A DNA stretch of 64,000 nt, from IMG/VR virus record IMGVR_UViG_3300025876_000006, positions 1-64,000 of that record. One strand, written 5' to 3'. The position numbers and the translations under genes are program-made. Shown piece after piece: positions 14,586 through 24,159 of the stretch. The notes under the pieces were generated by a model, which worked only from the letters and a program-made list of their open reading frames with translations, had not been told where the DNA came from and did not search any database. This stretch comes from a virus. Each line of letters opens with the position of its first letter. Within the stretch, counting starts at the first letter, position 1.

Positions 14586-16460
14586 ATGGCTATTAATTTT
14601 CCACCCCCAACAACTATTGGGGAAATATATACAGATCCCGCAAGTTCCAGAACATGGAAATGGAACGGTAAAGCATGGGAAGGCCTTACTAGTTCTCTGG
14701 CGAAATCAGTGGCTTACACAGCAGCAGGCACGGGAGCGGTAGACAGGGACGTAGAAACCAAGCTACGTGAGACTTTTAGCGTAACAGATTACGGTACTGT
14801 GGGTGACGGTGTTGCGGATGATCGTGCTGCAATACAGGACGCTATTGACGCCGCTGAATTACTACTTCCTGGTCCTACAGCCGGTACTATCGTCACTCGC
14901 CGCGCATGCGCTGTAGTCGACCTTGCTGGTGGTTTGTATCGTATAACTGACACATTGTTAATAAGCAGACCAATCATCTTCCAGAACGGAACGCTAATAG
15001 CTACAACGGCAATGGCTGGCGATACCACTCCGGGAGCCGGGGCAACCTATATGTTGTATTGCAATGCAAACGCAGATCATGTGACAGTCAGAAACATCAA
15101 TATTGATGGAGGAACTGACGGAGATGAGGCAACAGCTACGGCTAACCTTAACGACTTAATTTTATCATTGGCAATGGGTGCTACTTACGACAACGTTAAC
15201 TTTTCTCACTATAACGATATTGGCATATACATTGGGAACGGAGCTGGTCAGATTGTCAAGGACTGCACTTTTCAGAAATGGGATTTGGTGAATACTACTG
15301 CAATCGGTGATGATTTATATTGGGCAGGCGTCGCAGTTAAAATTCAAATTGCAAGATCCCGAGTTGAGTCATGTCTCTTCCGTAGCTGTGCAACTTGCGT
15401 AGAAACAAATAGTAAAACTTGTTTGATTTCAAATTGCATGTTTAATGCTAACCAATACGGTACGCCAATTAATGGCAGCGGGGCTCCGAGATTAGGAGTA
15501 AACATAACCGCGTCTGCTACTTCCTCAATCACAAACAATATATTTTCTGGCTGTATAGCGTCCCTGTTCACCCATAATCATTCAATAATAGGTAATAACT
15601 TCGTTGCTTATGACTCAAGTCTTTCTGGTGGTGCTATACGTATGACCACGGGAACAGTAGGAGAAAAACTTGAGACTATTGTAGCAAATAATAAGTTCGC
15701 CACTTCTTATACTGACATCATAGACTTCCAGACAACTGGTAGTGGATCTTATGTCGATGACCTCGACCTAGAAATACAGTGGGCAGGAAACTTAAAAGAG
15801 GACGGTTCAACCGCTTGGTATGATGCTAAGTTCGGTGCTGGTAATATAATTAGCAATGGTAAGTTTGTAGAACCATCAGTCACAGGCACAGCAACCTTTA
15901 CCAACTCAACCAACACGATAGCACTAAATGGTGTCGGTCTACTAGAAGGACTGGCTGTCGGTGATGTCATTGAGGTGACGGGATCAACCTCTGGCAATAA
16001 CGACAAGGCGTTTACCGTAACCAACATTGTCAGTGGCGCTCTTGTCGAAGTTAATGACGCTCACGCTAACAAGACATGGACTGCTGCAAACAAGACTCTT
16101 GAAGAGCAGCCTAATGTCAGTGGTGTCACAGTAACACTAGCCTGTAAGGCTAGAAACGCTCCACTAGGATACGGGCAGGGGTGGGTGGATGTTCTTTCTG
16201 CTCGCAGTCCCTTTACCAATTATAATAACTTTACTGGGCGAACCATTGTAGCAGCCATCAGAGGCACTGCGAGCGCACAATTTGGCGCTTTAGATCTACG
16301 CTTTGATGGGCTGATAATAGACAATTCAGTGGCTTCATCAATTAGCGAAATCATTAGCGTTCAAGCTGTAATACCTACCACTCCTGCACTGGTCTACTAC
16401 AGGAGCGAAGCTGCGAATATAATATTTGGCACTTTAGGGACTTGGCACGAACTAAGATAG
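14586..16460 (+). CDS. tailspike/depolymerase-like protein with pectin-lyase-fold (right-handed beta-helix) signature
   Basis: FSVTDYGTVGDGVADDRAAIQDAIDAA is the classic N-terminal motif of the Pectate_lyase_3 / tailspike family. Gly/Asn/Thr-rich beta-helix-like body. G+C-richer than the flanks. Confidence 0.7.
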   Translation: MAINFPPPTTIGEIYTDPASSRTWKWNGKAWEGLTSSLAKSVAYTAAGTGAVDRDVETKLRETFSVTDYGTVGDGVADDRAAIQDAIDAAELLLPGPTAGTIVTRRACAVVDLAGGLYRITDTLLISRPIIFQNGTLIATTAMAGDTTPGAGATYMLYCNANADHVTVRNINIDGGTDGDEATATANLNDLILSLAMGATYDNVNFSHYNDIGIYIGNGAGQIVKDCTFQKWDLVNTTAIGDDLYWAGVAVKIQIARSRVESCLFRSCATCVETNSKTCLISNCMFNANQYGTPINGSGAPRLGVNITASATSSITNNIFSGCIASLFTHNHSIIGNNFVAYDSSLSGGAIRMTTGTVGEKLETIVANNKFATSYTDIIDFQTTGSGSYVDDLDLEIQWAGNLKEDGSTAWYDAKFGAGNIISNGKFVEPSVTGTATFTNSTNTIALNGVGLLEGLAVGDVIEVTGSTSGNNDKAFTVTNIVSGALVEVNDAHANKTWTAANKTLEEQPNVSGVTVTLACKARNAPLGYGQGWVDVLSARSPFTNYNNFTGRTIVAAIRGTASAQFGALDLRFDGLIIDNSVASSISEIISVQAVIPTTPALVYYRSEAANIIFGTLGTWHELR

Positions 16461-16467
16461 AAACATA

Positions 16468-16914
16468 ATGAAAACTACCGTAACCATGATTCCCAAAATA
16501 TACATAGATCCTCAAGGAGAAAGATTCGCAGTTGATGATTCTCGCCCAGAACTCATCCAAAATGACTGGTCGCTATGCGTTCGTAAAGACGATGGCACGT
16601 ATGCCGACAACTATAACGTAGATGGCACACCAGCGCCAGATGATCCAATAGATCCAAGTGCAGTTAAGAGTGAAGCGGGTCGTAGAATAGTAGCCATCTG
16701 CCCAGAATGGAAACAGCGGAACCATATCGCAACCGATTTAACTTACACTAAGATTATTCAAAGCGGGGGAACACTTACTACTGAACAAGAATCTGATAGA
16801 GCAGAGATGGAAGCAGTATGGACAACAATTCAAGGTATTCGTACTAAGTCTGATGAGATTGAAGCTATGTCTCCTATTCCTGCAGATTATAAAGATGACT
16901 CTTATTGGGTTTAA
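16468..16914 (+). CDS. hypothetical protein downstream of tailspike (possible fibre accessory)
   Basis: Tight spacing and similar composition. No motif recognised. Confidence 0.5.
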   Translation: MKTTVTMIPKIYIDPQGERFAVDDSRPELIQNDWSLCVRKDDGTYADNYNVDGTPAPDDPIDPSAVKSEAGRRIVAICPEWKQRNHIATDLTYTKIIQSGGTLTTEQESDRAEMEAVWTTIQGIRTKSDEIEAMSPIPADYKDDSYWV

Positions 16915-16933
16915 TAAATAAATAAATGAGTAT

Positions 16934-17386
16934 ATGAAACATTTAATTAACGCGGCAGCTAAAATGCTATTTGAAAAAACATTAGGATCTGAAGAGAACG
17001 ATTTTTATGATATTGAAGTTGATCAAAAGACTGGTAATATTATTAGTGTAGTTCCAAAGGAGTCTAATACAAATCCCGAAGCAAAAAAGATTGCTGCTGA
17101 AATTTTAAAAGGATTGGCAAAACAAAAAACTCAAAGAGAAGATATTCAAGAACAAGTGCGCGTTAAAGCAAAAACCAAAACGGTTCAACGTATAATGGAT
17201 CAATATATCGGTATTTCTGATGCTGAAGTAATTGAAGATCTACTTTCAACTCTTGCAAAGTATCAAGAAGAGACCGCAAAGGAAATCGCAGATCAATCTG
17301 GTAAAGAGTTTGCAACCGCATTCTTTAAATCCGCTCAGGCATTAAAACTTGCTGCTAAAGAATTATCAAAAAGACAAGGAAACTAA
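16934..17386 (+). CDS. hypothetical helical K/E/A-rich protein
   Basis: ORF only. Confidence 0.55.
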   Translation: MKHLINAAAKMLFEKTLGSEENDFYDIEVDQKTGNIISVVPKESNTNPEAKKIAAEILKGLAKQKTQREDIQEQVRVKAKTKTVQRIMDQYIGISDAEVIEDLLSTLAKYQEETAKEIADQSGKEFATAFFKSAQALKLAAKELSKRQGN

Positions 17387-17387
17387 T

Positions 17388-18818
17388 ATGAAAAACGGAA
17401 AAATTAAAGTAGGGTCAATTGTAAAAGCATTGGCGGGGCCGCACAAAGGAGAAGATCATACGGTGATTGCGATGACAGGAAATGGCGTTTATAATATTAC
17501 ACCAGTTAATAGAAAAAATGTAAAGTATCGTCTTGGAGCTGCAGGTGCAAAGGAAAAAGATTTAGAACTTGTAAAAGAAGAGTCTGACTATATACCAGAA
17601 GAAACTTTAAACGAATCAACCGAGGTTTATAATAAAAAGGGTGTTGTTATTACTCGATGGAATATGGGATTTGATTCTCCTTTAAAGGGCAGAAACACGG
17701 CCTTTCAAATCGGTGCAGGAACTCTTGGAAAAAGAAGTGTGAGAGATAACTATGTTCACTTGACTGCTGATCAAATGACACAACTTAGTAAAGACATCAA
17801 GAGTATAAAGCTTAATGAAGATACAGATATATCAGAAGCAAGTAAAATCAATTATCCATTTGCATATGGTTATCTTGATTCTGTCATGAAAGATTTTATA
17901 CCTCTTGCTAAAAGAGAAAAACTTAATCTTGATCCAGCACAATTAAAAGAAGTTCAAAAATTTATTGATAAACTTCGTAAAGAAGCTTATGTTAAAGCAG
18001 AAAAAGCATATAAAGATTTTAAGAGGAATGAAGAGGTTGAAGTTGGCGAAGACGCTGAATTGAATGAAGGCTTACGTCATATAAAGACTGCTAACTTTAA
18101 AAAAGGAACTAAACTTTTTAATGATATCATGGGTCATTTTAAACTTGGAGGTCGTTTAAATAAAGAACTTGACGATGCTTCAGATGGAGAACTTAATAAA
18201 AAGTACGATGAAATGTATAAGCATCTTCGTATGGCCGGTGAAATTTTTGATGATCTTGAAGCAGATACTAAAATGATTGAGAGCGTTGATCTTGTAGAAT
18301 TGGATTTATCAATTGATAAGTTTGTTGCTGTCGCTAAAGGAACTAAAACAAAAAATAAGTTCTTTGTATTTAATAATAAAGGACAAGTTTATCATACGGC
18401 TCCAACTCTTGATAAAGCTAAAAAACTCAGCGCTGAATATAAAAAGAACCCAGAAGAAATGGGAACGGCCACTATACTTGATTTAACTAAAGGAAAGATT
18501 GTTGAGAGCGTTGAGCTTGAAGAGAATGCTGAAGTTGCTCGTATTACTAAACTTGCTCTAAGTATGAAGGTTGGTGATAAAACTAACTTTGGAGTAATTA
18601 AGAAAATGGGTAAAGATTATATTACAGTAAAAGCAAAGGATACTCCTGAAACTAAACTCAAGTTTAATCAACGTAAGAGCGGAGGTCGATATGTTCTTTC
18701 ATTGCTTTCTCTAATGGAAGACATCATTGTAAATGAAAACGTGCCGCATATAAAATATCGTAATGATTCTTTGGTTAATGCTGCTAATAAGATTTTAAAT
18801 CAAAAAAATGATAAATGA
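17388..18818 (+). CDS. hypothetical 476-aa lysine-rich protein
   Basis: ATG at 17388, 1 nt after the upstream TAA, preferred over the 17349 extension. Confidence 0.6.
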   Translation: MKNGKIKVGSIVKALAGPHKGEDHTVIAMTGNGVYNITPVNRKNVKYRLGAAGAKEKDLELVKEESDYIPEETLNESTEVYNKKGVVITRWNMGFDSPLKGRNTAFQIGAGTLGKRSVRDNYVHLTADQMTQLSKDIKSIKLNEDTDISEASKINYPFAYGYLDSVMKDFIPLAKREKLNLDPAQLKEVQKFIDKLRKEAYVKAEKAYKDFKRNEEVEVGEDAELNEGLRHIKTANFKKGTKLFNDIMGHFKLGGRLNKELDDASDGELNKKYDEMYKHLRMAGEIFDDLEADTKMIESVDLVELDLSIDKFVAVAKGTKTKNKFFVFNNKGQVYHTAPTLDKAKKLSAEYKKNPEEMGTATILDLTKGKIVESVELEENAEVARITKLALSMKVGDKTNFGVIKKMGKDYITVKAKDTPETKLKFNQRKSGGRYVLSLLSLMEDIIVNENVPHIKYRNDSLVNAANKILNQKNDK

Positions 18819-18965
18819 TTTTATCGTTTAAAGAATATATTATTGAAAATAAATTAAGCAAGGCTTATGGTAAAGGCCTTGCTAAATCTACTCAAGATAA
18901 GCAAAAAGCTTAGTTTAAAAAACAAATGAAACGTGTTGCTGGACACGAATTTGGAGGATAAAAAT

Positions 18966-19196
18966 ATGAGTGAAGAAACAAAAGAAGAAATAAAAGAGCC
19001 AACAACTGTTGTTGTATGTAAGCATAGTTTTTTTAATGATGACGTTATGGTAAGGCTAAAACAAGAAAGTACATGGCGTGGTCTTATTACTGTTGCTACT
19101 TTATTAGGGTGGCGCCTTGCTCCAGACCAAGCAGAAGCTATTATTACAGCAGGAGCATCTTTAGTAGGTACTATTAATATCCTGAAAAAGGATTAA
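18966..19196 (+). CDS. small protein with C-terminal hydrophobic segment
   Basis: One of the few genes here with a clear SD (GGAGGA, 8 nt upstream). Confidence 0.55.
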   Translation: MSEETKEEIKEPTTVVVCKHSFFNDDVMVRLKQESTWRGLITVATLLGWRLAPDQAEAIITAGASLVGTINILKKD

Positions 19197-19214
19197 ATAT
19201 TAGTTATTTTTTGA

Positions 19215-19243
19215 TTTACTTTATACCAAATTTGTGGTATAAT
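19215..19243 (+). promoter_or_regulatory. sigma70-type promoter TTTACT-17-TATAAT with TGG extended -10
   Basis: The -10 element ends 8 nt before the ATG at 19251. Confidence 0.55.
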
Positions 19244-19250
19244 AAATCTA

Positions 19251-19850
19251 ATGAAAATAATTGGTATCTCAGGTAACGCTACTGTTGGTAAAGATTCTTT
19301 TTGTAACGCTCTAATAGAACTTCTAAAAGAGCGCAACATTAAAGCAAAACGCTTCGCTTTTGCTGATGAATTAAAATATGAAACCGACGAGTTTCTTAAA
19401 TCATCTCTAGGCATTAGTGCCTTTACAACTGATAAAGAAGAAAAGAAATTAATTCGCCCATTCTTAGTTTGGTGGGGAACTGACTTTAGAAGAGTCATCG
19501 ACGATTCGCATTGGATTAATAAAGTTAGCGATAAGTTATCAAACGAAGATATTGTTTATATTATTACTGATGTAAGATATCAAAATGAGTTTGAATGGTT
19601 AAAGAATAATGATGGTTTATCGTTATTTTTGGATCGTGCTATTAGCGGAGTTGGCTTTGATGGGCTGCCTAATATTGTTCAGCCTTGCAATGATTATGAA
19701 AGGGAAAACAACAAGTGGTTAAAAGCAGAAGCCGATATTAATACAACTTGGCAAACTATTAAAGATCCTGCATATAGAGAAAGGTTTATTTTAAGAAACG
19801 TATTTCCTGAAATATTATCATATATAGAAGGAGAAGAATCTGATGCTTAA
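19251..19850 (+). CDS. deoxynucleoside monophosphate kinase (T4 gp1-like)
   Basis: P-loop GISGNATVGKDS. WWGTDFRRVIDDSHWINKV and YIITDVRYQNE parallel T4 gp1 ALGTD..R....WV and YIVPDTRQDHE. Confidence 0.6.
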   Translation: MKIIGISGNATVGKDSFCNALIELLKERNIKAKRFAFADELKYETDEFLKSSLGISAFTTDKEEKKLIRPFLVWWGTDFRRVIDDSHWINKVSDKLSNEDIVYIITDVRYQNEFEWLKNNDGLSLFLDRAISGVGFDGLPNIVQPCNDYERENNKWLKAEADINTTWQTIKDPAYRERFILRNVFPEILSYIEGEESDA

Positions 19851-19998
19851 TCTTGAAAATTGTATTGTTGGAATGTGTATGCTTGGGTATGTAATAGTAG
19901 GAATATCTTACATACTAAAAGGCGATTATCCATGGGCTTTAATATGGATGAGTTATGGAACCGCCAATATTGGCTTAATATGGGCCGCAAGTTCATAG
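19843..19998 (+). CDS. 51-aa two-TM membrane protein
   Basis: Below the track cutoff. Overlaps the upstream stop. SD-like AAGGAG upstream. Confidence 0.45.
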   Translation: MLNLENCIVGMCMLGYVIVGISYILKGDYPWALIWMSYGTANIGLIWAASS

Positions 19999-20019
19999 TA
20001 AAATATATTCATTTTTTTA

Positions 20020-20048
20020 TTTACAAATAGCCTTTTTTGTGATAGAAT
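20020..20048 (+). promoter_or_regulatory. sigma70-type promoter TTTACA-17-TAGAAT with TGn
   Basis: TTTACA at 20020-20025, TGATAGAAT ending at 20048. Confidence 0.6.
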
Positions 20049-20113
20049 AGATACAGATGGTTGGAAAAGGAATACATTTTTCTTTACAGTATCTAAACAC
20101 AAATTGATTAAAT

Positions 20114-20620
20114 ATGAATATACAAAACTATATGACAATGGAAACACTCCTATCATTTTTGGTAGTAGGTGCAATGGCGCTAATTTACATTAGCTTTAGA
20201 CTAACTGGTCGTTTACATAATAATAATTCACACTCTGAATTTATTGAAGAAGCACCAGTTTTAACTCGTCCTAATTCAGGGCAGTTGTGGTATACTAGGA
20301 CAGGCCAATGGCAACCTTTTATTAATGAAGCAGAAGAGCCTGTAAAAATTCTTGAGTATAGAGCAAATGAATTTGATGAATGGGTTCGATATGAACAGGG
20401 CGATATTATTAAAATTGAATCAATGAATGATTTTTTCGCGGCCTATATGCCAGATGAATTTTCAGATCTTGTAAAACCATCTGAAGAAACCTTTGCTGAC
20501 AGTAAAGAGGAATTACTTGATCTTGTTATTGAATTTGAAGAAGAAGCTCCTCAGCCATCAATACCAAGCAAAAATATCATTAATATTGACGGTAAGGATT
20601 ATATACTAGCTCCTGTGTAA
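20114..20620 (+). CDS. membrane-anchored acidic protein
   Basis: N-terminal TM segment LLSFLVVGAMALIYISF. Confidence 0.55.
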   Translation: MNIQNYMTMETLLSFLVVGAMALIYISFRLTGRLHNNNSHSEFIEEAPVLTRPNSGQLWYTRTGQWQPFINEAEEPVKILEYRANEFDEWVRYEQGDIIKIESMNDFFAAYMPDEFSDLVKPSEETFADSKEELLDLVIEFEEEAPQPSIPSKNIINIDGKDYILAPV

Positions 20621-20660
20621 TATCTCAATCGCCCTTTATATGATGAATCTTAAAAATTAA

Positions 20661-21260
20661 ATGAGCAAATATAACCATAAACTATGTTTTGTCGATCTTG
20701 AAACAACAGGTCTTGATCGCAATAAATGTGATATATTCCAATTGGCTACAATTATTACTGACCCAACAGGTGAACATATTTTGGATGAAATGACTCTATC
20801 ATTCAGGCCCTTTCAGACACAAACTTTTGAACAAGGCGCATTGGATAAAACTGGAGCATCTCTTGAATATTTAAATTCATTAGAACTTGGATCTTTGGAA
20901 GCTCGTCAACTGTTTATAGACCTTTGTAAAACTCACGTAGACGCATATAATAAAAAAGATAAGATGCACTTCATTGCGTATAACGCGCAGTTTGATTCTG
21001 AGTTTATGAGGGAGTGGTGGAAAAAAGCGGATGATCCTTACTTTGGTTCTCTCTTTTGGAATCCCCCGATTTGTGTAATGCAAGCTGCTGCATGGTTTGT
21101 TCAACGAGTTCGAGGAGCTTTGCCTAATTTCCAACTTGGTACTGTTTGCGAAAGCGCTGGAGTTGGTTGGGACGAATCAAAAGCTCACAATGCGGAATAT
21201 GATATTCAGAAAACGCATGAACTTTATAAGTATCTATCTAGGAATGTACCAACACTATGA
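20661..21260 (+). CDS. DEDDh 3'-5' exonuclease (DnaQ/RNase T superfamily)
   Basis: Exo I FVDLETTG, Exo II FIAYNAQFDSEF, Exo III HNAEYD. Confidence 0.85.
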   Translation: MSKYNHKLCFVDLETTGLDRNKCDIFQLATIITDPTGEHILDEMTLSFRPFQTQTFEQGALDKTGASLEYLNSLELGSLEARQLFIDLCKTHVDAYNKKDKMHFIAYNAQFDSEFMREWWKKADDPYFGSLFWNPPICVMQAAAWFVQRVRGALPNFQLGTVCESAGVGWDESKAHNAEYDIQKTHELYKYLSRNVPTL

Positions 21261-21529
21261 AAATTTACTTAGCAATACTAACACTACTTTTTACATCTTG
21301 TTCAGCTGGATCTGATAACAGCGCTCCTGCCGGTTTCTTTATTGGATTCTTACAAGGTTTTATAGTTTTTATTGCTTGGTTAATCTCTTTGTTTAATGAT
21401 AACATTTTAATTTATGAGCCGTATAATAATGGAGGATGGTATGACTTTGGATTCATACTTGGATTAGCGACTTTAGTATCAAATCTTAAAAAAGAAAAAG
21501 TAATATTAATACCAGTACAAAACAAATGA
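21257..21529 (+). CDS. small lipoprotein with membrane segments
   Basis: ATGA overlap with the upstream gene. Lipobox LLFTSC. Confidence 0.55.
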   Translation: MKIYLAILTLLFTSCSAGSDNSAPAGFFIGFLQGFIVFIAWLISLFNDNILIYEPYNNGGWYDFGFILGLATLVSNLKKEKVILIPVQNK

Positions 21530-21879
21530 AAACAATAAAATACGCGCTACTACCTTTGATTTGTATAACTATATGTAGTTGTGTTACATCATACGATAGA
21601 TATGGCCGCCCTATTCAAACCGTTGATCCTGTAGTAGCTACTGTTGGAGCAGTTGCTGTTGGAGCATTAGCGTATAATGCAGGGCAGAATAATAGTTACT
21701 ATAATAATCGTTATTATGGTTCCAATAGATATAATGGAAGATGCGATCGACCAGCATCCTTTTATACAACTGGGCACAGATTCTATCACGCTCCCAATGT
21801 TTATAGAGTAAGAGGAAATCATCATATCTATAATAGTACAAGACCAAGTTGTGGTGTATCACCATATCGACGTTATTGA
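21526..21879 (+). CDS. small lipoprotein, Tyr/Asn/Arg-rich
   Basis: ATGA overlap with the upstream gene. Lipobox-like ITICSC. Y/N/R-rich mature part. Confidence 0.55.
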   Translation: MKTIKYALLPLICITICSCVTSYDRYGRPIQTVDPVVATVGAVAVGALAYNAGQNNSYYNNRYYGSNRYNGRCDRPASFYTTGHRFYHAPNVYRVRGNHHIYNSTRPSCGVSPYRRY

Positions 21880-21898
21880 AAATAATTGTATTATTTTA

Positions 21899-21927
21899 TT
21901 TACATTTCTTATTATACGTGATATAAT
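21899..21927 (+). promoter_or_regulatory. sigma70-type promoter TTTACA-17-TATAAT with TGn
   Basis: The -10 element ends 7 nt before the ATG at 21934 (leaderless candidate). Confidence 0.6.
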
Positions 21928-21933
21928 ATATAC

Positions 21934-22131
21934 ATGATAAAAAATTATAATGAAACACAACGTGATACCCTATTGGAAAAAGAATGTTTTAGACTTGCGG
22001 AAGAGCATGCATTACTATTAGATTTTATTCACTTGGCGGTAGCATCTAAAAAGACGAACGGAACATTTAGTAATTCGAGAGAAAGTCTGCATCAAAAAGC
22101 CAGAGTTGTATTGGACAAAATAAATCGTTAA
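21934..22131 (+). CDS. hypothetical protein
   Basis: ORF directly after the promoter. Confidence 0.55.
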   Translation: MIKNYNETQRDTLLEKECFRLAEEHALLLDFIHLAVASKKTNGTFSNSRESLHQKARVVLDKINR

Positions 22132-22140
22132 AATAATAAT

Positions 22141-22320
22141 ATGAGCGAAGATAAAAAAATACCAAGTCCAGGTTCAGATGAAGCGATTGCGCTTGGGTGT
22201 AGTTGTCCTGTAATGGATAACGAATATGGGAAAGGCTATATGGGAATGGAAAACACTTTTATATATAGTACAGCCTGCCCACTACATGGAGGATCACTCC
22301 CTAAAGAAAATGACGATTGA
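22141..22320 (+). CDS. 59-aa Cys-rich protein (GCSCP...ACPLHG)
   Basis: Below the track cutoff. ATG 22141, TGA 22318-22320. Four Cys in two pairs suggest metal binding. Confidence 0.45.
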   Translation: MSEDKKIPSPGSDEAIALGCSCPVMDNEYGKGYMGMENTFIYSTACPLHGGSLPKENDD

Positions 22321-22891
22321 ACAACATTTATATAATTGGAAAGGGAACGAAAAACTTCAAGGGATTGATAAAACTTTAGATGTTTTATTCCAAGAATATT
22401 TTAATACAAATACTTTCTTTGAGCATATCTTAATTAAAGTATGCACGCTAAACAGTTTATATAGTACTCAAATTTTTGATACTTATTCCGTTGCTAAACA
22501 TATTTACGAATTAGAAGTTGATGAAGATTTATTAACTGGTGATTTAAGTTTAGTTAATAGAATAGCAAAATGTGAGATTAGCGGTAAATCTAAAAACTTT
22601 TATTCTTTCGCTAGTAAATATTGCGCGCACCATAAACCAGAGACATATTCAATATATGATTCATTTGTTGAGAAAGCGCTGTTTACCTTTAATGAGAATG
22701 ACCCATTTGATACCTTTAAGAAACCAGAACTAAGAGATTATCCAACATTCATGAGAGTGATGGATAATTTTATACAAAAGAATCATTTACACGAATATTC
22801 TTTAGCAGAAGTTGATAAGTATTTGTGGTTAGCTGGTAAAGAATTTAAATCAAAGGGAAATGAAAAAAGAATTAGAACTAAAGCTCGTTGA
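22310..22891 (+). CDS. hypothetical protein
   Basis: Internal ATG at 22310 preferred because the 22226 start would overlap 22141-22320. Confidence 0.55.
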   Translation: MTIEQHLYNWKGNEKLQGIDKTLDVLFQEYFNTNTFFEHILIKVCTLNSLYSTQIFDTYSVAKHIYELEVDEDLLTGDLSLVNRIAKCEISGKSKNFYSFASKYCAHHKPETYSIYDSFVEKALFTFNENDPFDTFKKPELRDYPTFMRVMDNFIQKNHLHEYSLAEVDKYLWLAGKEFKSKGNEKRIRTKAR

Positions 22892-23333
22892 GAAATATCC
22901 TCGGCTTCTAAAGGATTACGGTGGTGATCCTAGAGTTACATGTTTAGCATGGGGAATGGAGTGCGGAGATGGTTGGTATGATGTTATTGATGAAGCATTA
23001 CATATGATTAATCAGGTGTGTATTAAATTTGGTTATGAGGATATTGTTGTCGCTCAAATTAAAGAGAAGTTCGGTCAATTGAGAATCTATATGACCTATG
23101 GCGAATGCGACACTGTTGTTTTAAAAATCATTGAATGTATAACTGAGGCAGCATTACAAAAATCACGTAGTTGTTGTGAGCTTACAGGTAACTACGGTGT
23201 GTTGTGCAAGCGCGGATCGTGGGTTAAAACATTATCTTTCGAAGCCGTTCAAGATGCAAGCCACGAGTATGAGCCTGTTAACGAGTATGATAAGGACGCG
23301 TGGGAGCAAAGGAAGAAAAAATTACAAGTATGA
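22860..23333 (+). CDS. hypothetical protein (GMECGDGW motif)
   Basis: ORF only. G+C-richer than the early region. Confidence 0.55.
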   Translation: MKKELELKLVEKYPRLLKDYGGDPRVTCLAWGMECGDGWYDVIDEALHMINQVCIKFGYEDIVVAQIKEKFGQLRIYMTYGECDTVVLKIIECITEAALQKSRSCCELTGNYGVLCKRGSWVKTLSFEAVQDASHEYEPVNEYDKDAWEQRKKKLQV

Positions 23334-23875
23334 AAATAAAATTACTATTCAACAGCCACTACTGGTGGGACCTACAGTATAAGATCAAATGCTTCTTCCA
23401 CCCAAAGCAAGAGTGGTTGACTAATGTTATACCTGATACATATTGTGATAAGGTTGAACTTATTCCGCGGATGTTATTTAAGTGCCTTGAGCATCATGTA
23501 GAGGTTGAACGCAAAGTTAACTGGGTACACGACATTGGTTATGATTGGGCTGAAGAAGTTAAGCTTAAGTTTGTAAGTCAGTCCTATGCTGATGAGCAGA
23601 TGAAGGTTGACAAAGAGCTAATGAAGGCCTATAACTGGATTAAGACTGGTCGTAGTGATATAGATGAGCAGATAGATGCTGCATACCCACCACGAGAGCC
23701 ACTTGAGACACTATTCAGCAAGAGTGAAACCGTTGATGGACATTATGAGATAACCGTTTCACCTGAGCAAACAGCGTGTTATAAAGAGGTAGGCAGACTT
23801 GAAGCTATAAAACTTAAGAAGGATAAGGATTGTATGAGAGCCATTATTAAGCACCATCATAGACTATGGACATGA
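23330..23875 (+). CDS. hypothetical protein
   Basis: ATGA overlap start at 23330 preferred over 23300. Confidence 0.55.
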   Translation: MKIKLLFNSHYWWDLQYKIKCFFHPKQEWLTNVIPDTYCDKVELIPRMLFKCLEHHVEVERKVNWVHDIGYDWAEEVKLKFVSQSYADEQMKVDKELMKAYNWIKTGRSDIDEQIDAAYPPREPLETLFSKSETVDGHYEITVSPEQTACYKEVGRLEAIKLKKDKDCMRAIIKHHHRLWT

Positions 23876-24141
23876 ATATAAACTTACGAGATATAACCCG
23901 TGATTGGGTCAATGGCGTCAGAGAGTATTATAAAGATACTGACAATCTAACACAGGTGTTTGCGCGAGGTTATTTCGCAGGAATGTCAGAGAGGGAGGTT
24001 AAGGAATTCGCGGATAAGCTATATGAGACTAATAGGCTTTGTGAGATGAGAGAATCCAGAGAGCAGCATAAGCTAACCACATTTGAAGAGGCAAAGAAAC
24101 AGGCAGCAGAGTTTGATAAAGTGCAACCAGAGGAACATTGA
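23866..24141 (+). CDS. hypothetical protein
   Basis: Alternative ATGA-coupled start at 23872. Confidence 0.55.
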   Translation: MDMNINLRDITRDWVNGVREYYKDTDNLTQVFARGYFAGMSEREVKEFADKLYETNRLCEMRESREQHKLTTFEEAKKQAAEFDKVQPEEH

Positions 24142-24159
24142 TATAATTAGTAAAACAAG

